Source of the DNA: Felis catus
Lineage: Eukaryota
Direction: 5' to 3'
Length of the DNA: 64,000 nt
Assembly (NCBI RefSeq): GCF_018350175.1
Contig: NC_058368.1
Coordinates: forward strand, 167,402,001 to 167,466,000
The notes below the pieces were generated by a model that saw only the letters and a list, made by a program, of their open reading frames with translations, did no database searches and was not told the origin of the DNA. Below are positions 1-11,162 of this stretch, piece by piece. Position 1 is the first letter of the stretch. Each line of letters begins with the position of its first letter. Position numbers and translations under genes: made by a program.

Positions 1-7
1 ATGGCAT

Positions 8-50
8 TTATTCATTCAACAAATATTTATTGAACACCATTCTAGGTGCT
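8..50 (-). mobile_element. L2 LINE 3'-end fragment
   Basis: ttcattcaacaaatatttattgaacacc is the reverse complement of the typical L2 3' terminus. Confidence 0.6.
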
Positions 51-977
51 ATTTTCTATTTCTTACCAAAAATACACAGTTTTAAATCAATACTATGGTT
101 AAGCAGATTCTCCACATTATGGAGAGTTTGCCTGATTTTAGCAACACTTCTAGAGACACTATTACTCTACGTTCCAAATACCTGACCTGCAAATAAGCTT
201 TTGGAACATATCCACTTGGCAAGTGAAGGACTTTCTTTATGTTAATATTCTCTGGATTTACTGAATATTCTTTTATCTTTTAAAAGGACTGTCAATAACT
301 GTACTGTACAATCAAATGATTTCTGAAGCTGATCTTGATCACTCCTTTAAGATGTCAGAATTTAGGTTACTTATATTGTCAGTTTTAAAAATTGTGTAGT
401 GCACATTAAAACTACCTCATAGCTTGAGGCTGTAAACTTTTAACTAAAGCACATAAAGCAAAAAATTAACAGTTTACCACCTGCATTCAAGGAGTTATAA
501 ACTGTGGGTTTAAGAATGATGCCCATAGTAACATAGACTGTCCCCACGATTTTCTTTTTAATTTTGAAAAATGTGTACACCAAAAAGACTGGAGCGAGAG
601 TCTTCAGCTCCCTGATTGTTCTTTTCGTTGATGTTTTCAGGATTCTAACTTCAAAGAAATGGCCTTTGTAAACTCTGCACTTCTATAGCCCTATCAGTAT
701 GAAGGCTTACGACAAAAACAATACGCATGTACAAGTTTACTTGCCAGTGAGTTTAGGAAGAGTGTGTTCCCAAATAACCTCTCAGAAACTCCTGGATTCT
801 GCCTGGGTGCTGTGACTATAAATCATCTTTTACTCGGAGTATCTTCTTTTAAAGACAATCAACTGTACCTTAGATGTGACAAATGCTAGAAGATTTCTTT
901 CCCTTTTTAGTATCATTTTCAGAAAATAACATTTGTCTTCTTTACTGTAGATCTTGCATTAAAACTCATGCATTCCT

Positions 978-1184
978 GGGGTGCCTCGGTGGCTCAGTCG
1001 GTTAAGTGTCCAACTCTCGGTTTTGGCTCAGGTCATGATCTCATGGTTCCTGAGATCAAGCCCTTAGTCAGACTCCACCCTGATGGTGTGGAGCCTGCTT
1101 GGGATTCTCTCTCTTTCTCCACCTCTCTCTGTCCCTCCCTGCTCACTCTCTCTCCAAATAAATAAAATTAAAAAAAAAAAAAAA
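978..1184 (+). mobile_element. Can-SINE (carnivore tRNA-derived SINE), antisense to EFNA5
   Basis: Head ggggtgcctcggtggctcagtcggttaag, CT-rich segment, aataaa and poly(A). Degenerate target-site duplication aaactcatgcattcct / aaactcactcatttct. Confidence 0.95.
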
Positions 1185-1534
1185 GAAACTCACTCATTTC
1201 TAAATTAAGTGTGCAATCATGCATGATTCAGTCTAGAGGCTGAATATTCACTGGATTTAATAAGAATTTATTTGACCCAAATGTTGGGTCAGAAAGTTAT
1301 TGTATTAAAAGGGTCACCCATCTGGGAAGATACAGTGAAATATTATTTGGAGATGGATGAGTATTCTTTGGAGAGCAGAAAATGCATACATGTGTTTAAA
1401 AAATCTATCTTGCTACTATCTGAGTTGGGATTTCCAGCAGAGTTTATAAAGTAAAATTCTCTCAGCAGTAAGGCTCACTGATTTTAACCTTTAAAAAAAT
1501 ACAAAGTAAAGTATGTTTTTGCTTTTTAAGCATA

Positions 1535-1762
1535 TGAGACCTAGGACTTTATCTCTCCTTCCTTTTAGTTGTTTATTCACTGAATTTCCTCTCAGATCAG
1601 TCACTTCTTATCTGTGTGAACCTTTCTCAAGTTACCTAACTTCTCTGTGCCTCTGTTTTTTTGCCTATAAAATGGGAAAGAAGAACAGTATCTCATCGTG
1701 CTTTTCTGAGAACTGCAGGGGTTTAGAACAGTGCTTGGAATAGACTAAGTGCTCTGTAAACA
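1535..1762 (+). mobile_element. MIR SINE, decayed
   Basis: Core-like tgtgtgaacct...caagttacctaacttctctgtgcctctgttt...ctataaaatggg and tail tttagaacagtgcttggaatagactaagtgctc. Confidence 0.8.
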
Positions 1763-1771
1763 GTGGTGACC

Positions 1772-2400
1772 TTTACTTACTGAACATCTACTACGTGCCA
1801 AACAATGTAACGCAGGGCACAGAGCAGGCATAGCCATGAACAAACAACCATAAGTACATAATGTCAGGTGTGAGGAGTGCTTAAGGGAAAATAAAGCAGG
1901 GTAAGAATGTAGAGAATTATGGAGATGTTATCTTTATATAGGGAGATCAGAATGCCTCTCTGATAAAGGAGTTTTTTTTTTTTTTTTTTTTTTTTTTTAG
2001 TGCAGACCTAAAGAAAGTGAGAGTAAGGGATGTGGATGCGGGGGCAATAAGAACCCCAGGCAGAGAGAAGATAAAGTGCCAAGGCCCTCCTATGGAGCCT
2101 GGGGGAGGGCACTAGACAGGAAGGAGGGAGGGGGTGGGTGTGGTGGGGGGGGGGGGGGCTGGAGTGGAGACCATCAGGCGCAGTGAGAGCACAAGAAGTC
2201 CAAGAGGCGAGGGTGGGGACGAGAAGGGTGCCTGCCATGGAGGACCTTGTTGGTCCGGCTGGAGACTCAGGATTTTTGTCTTGCTGAGGTAGAAAGTCAC
2301 TCTGGAGGGCTCTGACAGAGCAGCAACATGAGTGGGGAAAGCAGAAGCCTGCTGCACTAGTTGAAACCACAGCTGATGGTGACTTGGATAGGTTGGCAGG
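1772..2400 (-). mobile_element. L2 LINE fragment, decayed, with internal T-run and G-run
   Basis: ttactgaacatctactacgtgcca start followed by typical antisense-L2 text (aaaataaagcagggtaag, cctctctgataagg, gcagacctaaagaaagtgag, ccaggcagagag...aagtgccaaggccct). Confidence 0.75.
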
Positions 2401-2469
2401 GGTGAACAAGTTCAATAATGCTAATACGTGTCTCCACCCTGGATTTCCCCTACAGATACTCCTTCAACT

Positions 2470-2730
2470 GGCATTTATTGAACACCTACTAAGTAAGGCA
2501 TTGGGCTGAGACATTTTATAGGGGTTATTTCTTACAGTGATGTACAGATCCTTAGATAAAATATAGTAAGATTAGGATATTAGAGCTCCAAAGAATGTTA
2601 AAAATCATCTATTCCAACTACATTATTTTGCAGCCGTGGAATTAGAAATTCAGAGAGATTGAATGATTTACCTAAGATCATACAGTTAGTTAGGCCAAGA
2701 GAATGGCCAGGACTCAGTTTTCCTTACTGT
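2470..2730 (-). mobile_element. MIR-family fragments
   Basis: catttattgaacacctact and aaattcagagagattgaatgatttacctaagatcatacagttagt (reverse MIR core). Confidence 0.65.
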
Positions 2731-5064
2731 ACAAAAGAGAACTTTCAAAATTAGTGTCTTACTGACTTACAAAAATAACTTAAAGTGCCTTATTTAACTT
2801 ATTTCCCTTTGCTTCTTCTGATTTAAAAATAACAGCAGCAAAACTTTTTTCAAACTTGTTCTCATTAGGTTAATATTTATGAGAATCATTTTTAAAATGA
2901 ATACTTGTGAAGTTTCTAAAATAACTCTTTGCCTTAGGAAGTCTATATAAATGACTATCGCCATAATCTATTGACTGGCAGTTCTGCAAATCTATCATGG
3001 ATAGAAAGACCACTGACTTTCTGTAATTACTTTAGTATGCCAATCTCTTACCAAAATAACTTCTGTAGATTAAAAACAGTATTTGTCATATTCCAGAATG
3101 GGCTCAGTCTGCCTTCGCATAATTAGCCACTGTAATAACTTCATAATACTGCCTATTCCCAAGGAAAGGAGGACATAGCATAGAGTCAGTCTTGGGACAA
3201 ATAAAGGATTTAGGACAATGAAGGACATTTTATTTCTAAGGTAAGCAGGAAATTTCATATACTTCCAACTACTCTATTTTCTTGATTTTGTATAACTCAC
3301 AGACATTAAGAAAGAAAGAAATGTTACTGAGGATAAAGTAGAACTTGATAGGAATGTTCTGAATTGTGTCTTCTCTGAGTAAGTGATGAGTAGATATCCT
3401 AGTATGAAATACATGCTCTTTTCTTCCCCCCAAGGCCAAGTATATCTGAATTTTGGTTCTCACCACTACACTCAACCCTCCCTCTAGCACCCTAAAGCAG
3501 GACTGCCAAAAGGCAACAGCTTTCTTTTTCCCTTTGGAAAACTTGTTAGAGATTTTAAGCCCTGGAGGATCTGAAATATAACCCCGATCCAGGGAAGAAC
3601 ATTCTAGAAAACTGACCGGTGGGTAGTCAGGCTTGTTCCCGAGATGGGCAACAGAGTTTCTTGTAAGGTAATAAGTGTGAAAAGAGCCATTTCCCAATCA
3701 TCTTGTTCATTCCATGCATATTAGGAGAGAGGAAAATTCAACTGAGGGCCAATTGTCCCCTAAGAATCCTTTAGTTTAATTATGACCACAGTAGATTAAA
3801 CGTCTGTATGACATCCGCGTTAGCTCCGCCGCTCCTGCTCTTGGCAGTGAAGAAAGGAAACACTTTCACTACTAAAAAGACAGGGAAGCATGCTCTTGTG
3901 GTTCTAAAACATGGTTGAAAATTCAATTTAACTGACTACAAGGCCAGTGTGCTTCTTATAAATGAACATCTCTTTGCTGCTAATTTTGTGCTATTTTACC
4001 TTTCATTAAAAAAAGTAATTCAGGTTAAACTCAGCTGAACAGCAAAAAGCTCTTGATATTTTGAAGCATTTTGGAACAATTACTTTGACAGGAGCCCTTG
4101 ACAGTTAAATGACTCCGTTAAATGAATGTTATAGAAGACACATAATGATTTTTAGTGAAATATTGAATTTAACCACAAATGAGGAAAAACCAGTCATAAG
4201 CACTATGGGTATATTTGAATAATAACATCTTGCTTATGAACCTCAATGGATTCTATAATTTCTAATAATCATGCAATCAACTAGTTAGCTGGTATGTTTC
4301 CTATCTCAGTGCTCTCAATTTAGTTTTGGTTTTTGTTGTTGTGTTTTAATCTGAGAAATCAATGTGTAAATTTTGGAAATGGCAGTAAGTTCCTCTTCCA
4401 TCAGTAGGGTATTTTAGAAGTAGGCAGTTAATGATTGCCATCCTGCCAGTTAAGTCTTCCTCTTTCCTTTTTTCCATTTGCTGAATGAGATTCTTTCACA
4501 AAGTAAAAAATCAGGAAAAGGCAAGAGCCTGCTGCCTGAGAATGTATGAATTCACTGGCTGACAGTGTTTCCTCCATCCGTGGGACTCCAATATTCCTTT
4601 TCTTATTTTATGGATCGAATGTGAGATAGTATCAAGCCTTTTACGTGTTTTCTCATGACTAATGACCAAAATATGTACTGAAATAATAAAACTGGTACTG
4701 TTCAATTTCCTTTTTAAATTCAATCTCAATATAAGTGGGAGTGCCCGTGTATGGTGGTGAAATCCAGCTCATTATAAAATTCTGTTTTCTGGAGAAGAGA
4801 AACTAGAAATCCTTGCAGACTGAAAAAACCATGTGGGTGAAGGGTCTGTGGGGACATTCAGGTTGAAGAAACGAGTCGAAAAAACAGTAATGTTTTTGTC
4901 TTGTTTGTCTGGCAAAGAGTGGTGAAAAGTCAACGCCAAGCATCCTGGGTAGTATTGCCTAGATCTCTACACGCTATGTGCAGCCACACTTCTGGATTCT
5001 TTCAAGCACGTGAGTTACATGTACCCATGTACCCACTGCTGCCTGCATTTACCTTCATACAGCA

Positions 5065-5178
5065 ACTGCCTGTTTACATCTACTCCCCAGCAGATGGTCA
5101 CTCCTTCAGGACAGGAGTGTCTTCCGATCTTGCATCCCCCAACATTTCTGAGCCACAATAAGTTGTTCAATAAATGTA
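5065..5178 (+). mobile_element. L2 3'-end fragment
   Basis: ctccttcaggacaggag...tcttgcatccccca...ataagttgttcaataaatgt resembles the L2 3' end. Confidence 0.55.
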
Positions 5179-5309
5179 CTTTTGAACAAGAAACGTTTAA
5201 CTCCTTCAGCTGATACTGAAAATACTTGGAAAAGGCCAGATAGTTTCAATATGTGACACTAGTCAAGTCCATATATACAGCATGCTGACTAAATTATTAC
5301 TTGTAAGCA

Positions 5310-5465
5310 TACTAACTCAGTGTGGTTCACAGACCAGTAGCATCACGTCACATTGGAGCTTTATAAATATGGAATCTCAGTCCCCATGGCAGACCACCTC
5401 AATCAGATCTGCCTTATACCAAGATGCCCAGATGACTTATGCACAGTGAAGTATGAGAAGCCTTT
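5310..5465 (+). mobile_element. MER5A1-like hAT-Charlie non-autonomous DNA transposon
   Basis: agtgtggttcacagaccagtagcatca...gaatctcagtcccca...cagacc...aatcagatctgc...caagatgcccagatga...tatgcaca...aagtatgagaagc follows the MER5A1 layout. Confidence 0.75.
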
Positions 5466-6126
5466 ACTTAGCATATATGACTAGTACGATGCCTGAAGAA
5501 GTGATGGTGTCCATTGTGGACAAGAACCAAGGCCACGGCAAGATGAAAACTACAGAGGTCAGCTTGAGAAACTTTTAGAGCTCTCTCAGGACAGAGGCGC
5601 AGGTGGGAAACTCACTTATACCAGTTCCTTTGGAACTTTCTCGATACTCTTCACGCTTTTTCCTGTTTAAAGACACAGCTGCTCTTAATAATTGTCTTTT
5701 CTCCTTGGTGCAAAGATAGTATTTATCGCCAGCATGCTGACATTTGCAGGAGTTTTGGCTTTCTCCACTGCAAGTGTGGATGATTGAAAGGATATTGCTG
5801 ACACCTGAATAAGAAATCCAATGACTCCAAGCTATGTAAATTTAATTATTTCCTTTAATTTTTTTTTTCAGGAATCTCTTTTTATTTTCCTCAGCTTTGG
5901 AGAAGTCCTAGCAATTTTCATTTAAAAGAAATACAAGTCAGCAGTGGTTCACTAAACAGGCTGACACGCAATTTCATAGGGGGAGAGGAGCTGTGTCTTT
6001 AATCTAATTTGTGCTCTCAATTCCCAGCTAATGTATCTAGGGATCCTGATATATGCATTTACAAGGAGACATCTGTAATGCAGAGTCCAACTCTCTGCAA
6101 CTCTCTGAAACATGGGTAAAAAATTA

Positions 6127-6498
<372 letters not shown>

Positions 6499-7293
6499 TC
6501 ATAAGGAAAAGACTTTCTGCTTGGAATCAGTGGTGGAATAACTTTAATCATGCTGGTGCTAAGAGATTTATTATAATAAGTTTTTATTGCAGCCCATTAT
6601 GATTCAGGATATGTTTCTATTCCAAATACAAGCAACAACAATTTTACAGAGGAATTCTATTACGTTTGTTTCAAAACACGCTGAAAATGGAACTCTTCAC
6701 ATTCATCTTAAGTAGTTAAGATACTGACTTGCTGTTTTCCTTTCATTCTTAAAATCACATATACTGAAGCAAAGTTTTGATATTTCAAAATAGTGTTTCA
6801 TCTGATGAGTGTTTCTGAATGAATGAATAAGTCATTTAAAGAACAAATGAATGACTGAATTGGTTTTGCTATAATTGCGACCATTCTCAATTTTCTATGC
6901 AAATGTAGAGAACTAGAGTTATCAAACTGAGAGAATTAGGACCATAAAATTTAAAGGTTGGAAAGAAAAGTCCTAGGACACTTCCCCATTAGAGGGAAAT
7001 AAAAATCTAAGGCATAATGTCAAAGCAGTTAGTGACTGAGCTCAACCAGGAATGGTGACTTCAGGTCCTAATCAGCTGTTTCCATTAGTGAATCTGCTTA
7101 CGTCACAAACTCATTTCAGCTGATCTCTCTTGATGCCCCATCCCTTTCTATATTAAGAAAATGAAAACCAGCTAAATCAAATCATTTTCTTCCCCTTCCC
7201 CTCCATTTCTTTTAACTTTATAGGTTGTGTCCTAGGGCTGGACTGACGACACAGATGAACACAGCAAACCCAGGACCACTTCCATCCTGAAAT

Positions 7294-7303
<10 letters not shown>

Positions 7304-7334
<31 letters not shown>

Positions 7335-7340
7335 CACACA
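7304..7340. repeat. (CA)n microsatellite, one interruption
   Basis: Direct reading. Confidence 0.95.
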
Positions 7341-7619
7341 TGCACCTCACCTTACAAACTGCACTGTTTCAACTCTTACCTTACAAAAATTTTGCGTATT
7401 TGTGTTAACTAATATGTCTTTCCCGATTGGATGAAGAGATTTCTCAGGAACTAATGATGTGTGAAACGGGAATTGTTACGTATACCGCTTTCTAAAGTCA
7501 GCACAGAAAAGTCTACAAAACCCCTCTGTTTTTAGCTAGTGAGGAAATTCTCTGAGGCCTTAGAAGATTCATCATAAAACTATGTTACTGCTGAAAGACA
7601 AGCTGAAAGACAAGCACCC

Positions 7620-8120
7620 ATCAAGCCATGTAGTCTTCAAGTCAGATGGTCTCAGTGTAAACATGTCAGTGAGCTGGTCTACTCCATTTTTGGACACGCC
7701 TACATTTAAGCCAGTGTCCTCGTATATGGAGCATCAATTTGCTTCTGTGTAATTTCTATCCAGTGATCCTACTCCCACTGCCTGACATCGCCGAGAACAA
7801 ATCTAATTCCTCTTCTACCAGGCACTCCATAAAACATTTGGACGTGTCAACTAGGTCTCTGTATCTTCCTTTCTCACTACGTGAAAATCCTGACTTGTTT
7901 GGTTATTTCTGTTCCCAGGCTCCTCACATTCTAGATTCTCAACTCTCCTTATGCTCTCTAGTTTCCCAGTGTCCCCTTAAAATGTAGCCCCCAAACACAA
8001 CAGACACCTCCGACAGGCTGTTTTGACCAGCATTCAGCCCAGGAGATACACTACCACCTTCACTCCGGATACTACACATTCATTGAAGAAGCTGAGATTC
8101 CTTTCTAAAATGCAACGTGA
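7620..8120 (-). mobile_element. L3/CR1 LINE relic
   Basis: gagaacaaatctaattcctcttctac, tgtccccttaaaatgtagcccccaaacac, tgaccagca...actaccacctt...ccggatactacac resemble the antisense L3/CR1 consensus as recalled. Confidence 0.6.
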
Positions 8121-8149
8121 TCAAAGTGGACACTACTCATTTTAGTGAG

Positions 8150-8335
8150 TAGACCTCAATTTAAGGACTGGATTGCTGCTGGTAGGGTGGGGGAGTCATA
8201 AACCGTCTGACCCTCAGTTTCCTCATATGTGAACTGGAACAATAATGAGAATCTGCCTCGCTAACCTCACACAACTGCTTCAAGTCTCCGATGATGAAAC
8301 ATCTAAAAAGCACCATGTGAATGTGTAGCACTATT
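8150..8335 (+). mobile_element. MIR-family fragment
   Basis: ctgaccctcagtttcctcatatgtgaactggaacaataat core. Confidence 0.65.
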
Positions 8336-9639
8336 ATCAGGATATATTAAAGCATATTAAAGTCGATAACTAACACAATACTAACTCTCAAGCAACATCA
8401 GTAAATGTATACGACAACACCAACGATAATCCCCGTGTCCCTTTTTAAAAATAATATAAAAATCCTACATTCTGTCCTCACATATCAAATGATCCACAGA
8501 AACTTCCATTTGATCAATGCTTTTGAAAAGCAGCATGCTGATTTATACGAGGAGAATAAGTAAAGATGATCAGATCACTTTTTCTGTTAGAGGGTCTCAA
8601 AATGCATAAACATTTAAAAAAAACCCACTTGGAAGTATTTATTTCTTTATATTTACAATGATCACGGAACTAGGTTTACTCTTTCTTCATTACTGGCAGA
8701 CGATGATTTGTCAAGATGCAAGGAAAGCCTGTGTTGCTTTTAAAAGATTTCTGAACATCAAGGTAACATCACTGCCAAAGTACAAAGAAAAGACACTGCA
8801 ACGTTCAGATAAAAGGGTGCTGGGATATGAATCATCAGCACTCAAAGTAGCCTGACAGTTCTGGCTGAGAGCCAGGCAAGAAATGCAGCAGGAGGCAATG
8901 CCCAGATGCACTTTATATTATTATATTATTATTATAGATTTTAAAGACATTCAAGGGGGAAGTTTTTCCTTTCCCTAAGTGTCACTCATTTGAGCTTCTA
9001 CTAGCACCTGACACTGCTTAAAAGTGTAGGGAAAAAAAAAATTAAAACTGCCACTGTCCAGACTCATTTGTTTATTGCTTTATTCTACAAATTGTCTGAT
9101 TTTTTTTGATGCCCTGAGTTTACTTTCCCTTTTCCAACTTTTCTCCCTGTTAATGCTGCTTAAGTTTCAATAAAACAAGCCATGAGATTGAAGACACATT
9201 TTATACTGGGTTGACCTTTTCCCTTTCTGATGACATTATACTCTGTGTGGGGTGTTCAATGAATCACTGTGGAGCCTATTTTGAGTATGTGATCACTCCA
9301 GCGGTTAGTAGTTCTACCCCTCTATCCACATGACAAAGATGATGAGTCACCATAGAATCAACTTATGCTTCTGTTTCACATCTTCAATTTGTATAAATTA
9401 GTTTAATAATGTAATTTTCCCCCAAATGGACAATATAAATATAAAAACATCAATAAACAAAAACTCATAAAAGGCATTTCTATAATATACCCAAGTACGA
9501 TCTAAAGAAAAGGTTAGGGTTAGATAGGGATAGATATTACCCCAAATCATGCTCTTTGGCTACAAAGTAGTACTGGACCATTCTTTTTGGGCCTTACTGT
9601 GAAAAGGCACATATGTATGGCTAATATAATTGTTTATTA

Positions 9640-9830
9640 TGTTATATTCATTATCTCGATTTAATCTCCATCATAAATCCTAAAGAACAGTATAGTATTG
9701 GTACTCCCGCTTAAAAATGAAGATACTGAGACCGAGAAGTTAAGCAATGTGCTCACTGTCAGCCAACTAGTAAAACGTGGAGGCAGAAGTCAAGCCCAAG
9801 CATTGAGACCTCACTCAGAACTGAAGTTCT
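9640..9830 (-). mobile_element. MIR SINE
   Basis: cattatctcgatttaatctc...atgaagatactgagaccgagaagttaagcaatgtgctc...caactagtaa...ggaggcaga. Confidence 0.75.
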
Positions 9831-9939
9831 TTATTATTCTACTTCCAGAGAGAGTAAATTGCTCAAGTCAAGTTCTTAGGTCAACCCTTTATTCCCCCAG
9901 AAGGGCAGTTCTAATTCTTGATGGGGTTTCAGTTCTCTC

Positions 9940-10180
9940 CTTCATTCACTGATGCAACAAACACTTGCTGCATCCAGGATATGCTGTGTTATGGCTTTAC
10001 ATGTGTTGTCATATGAAATCCTTATTAGGTAGTTATAATTAGTTTTATTTGAACAATGAGGAAATGACACTCAGGTTGTTATCCTCTTAGTTCATTTTTT
10101 TCCCCCCACAGGAAATAAGCAGCAGAGTTAAGATTTCAACCCATATCTTATCTGGCCCTGAAGTAAATTCTCTTTCCTGC
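9940..10180 (-). mobile_element. MIR SINE, decayed
   Basis: ctttacatgtgttgtcatatgaaatcctt...aatgaggaaatga...gcagagttaagatttcaaccca. Confidence 0.55.
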
Positions 10181-11081
10181 TAAATGCAATGGTTCCAAAG
10201 TTTTACCAGTTGTTGTAATTCCCCTGACCTGAAGGAGCCCTTTTAAGGGTTTTGGTGCCATTGGGTTCCCTTATGTTTACATTGATCTTCTAGGGAAGTC
10301 TGCTGCAAGGTGTGCTGGCCCTGCTCCCTCTCCACTCCATTGGTCCCAAACTCCTAAACTGAAGGGTGTGTCAGCATCCAGAATACATCTCAGATCGCAG
10401 GGCTAGCTCCTGACCCGTGTATACCAGTCTGTTCTTTCACAGAAGAAAGTGCTATTAAGCTCAGTAGCTGCTGACATAAAGGCATCTTTTTCCCCCCATC
10501 AGGAAACAGCTTTCATGAACTTTAGTTCCTATTAAAAGAGCAAATTCAAACCTAGGAAGAATGATTCCACATGACAATATTTACAAATGTCATGGGCGGC
10601 ACGGCTGCCACTTTAAACGCACTGGTAAATTTCTTGGAAATTTTCTTGTAAAGGTCTCCCCTTTATTCCTTTTCTTTAATTCCATCCACTCTATCTGTGG
10701 TGCTCTTCCTCTCTGAAATCATTGCATATTATGAAGCGTAAGAATTTCTGGCTCCACACCAACAAGCCAGCAATAATTACAATACAATCTCTACTAAATT
10801 ATCACAGTGGCTTACAATGTAAAAGCATGCACCACTACCACACTTAGAAAAGTGATTGCGTTTGAGTAATATGATTACTGCCCTGTGTTCTCATAATACA
10901 AAAGTCTCAAATGCCAGGAAACATCTTGTATGCATAGAAAGACAGTCCTTGTTCTCCACTGAGTTGCACTGCTACAGGGCCAGTGTTCCACCTAACATAC
11001 AATATATATATACCCTGTTGTGGCAGGAATACATTATATACATTTGCCAAAATTGGACAGTAGGCTGGTTAAGAATCAATG

Positions 11082-11083
<2 letters not shown>

Positions 11084-11121
<38 letters not shown>

Positions 11122-11162
11122 TATATATGTCACATATATATGTCATATGTGACATGTATATA
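11084..11162. repeat. (TA)n microsatellite with degenerate TA/TG tail
   Basis: Pure TA run 11084-11119, then catatatatgtcacatatatatgtcatatgtgacatg. Confidence 0.95.

Noticed and set aside
5087..5101. CTCF-like core ccagcagatggtcac (similar ccactagatggtgag at ~62969)
   Set aside because: Both miss the conserved C after GG and fall at the same position of L2 3' relics, so repeat ancestry explains them.
7590..7615. Short tandem duplications (gctgaaagacaa x2; also tcttcagtgttta x2 at ~11404 and gtttgtaaag x2 at ~35421)
   Set aside because: Two-copy 10-13 bp duplications are common slippage products; no array, spacers or periodic structure.
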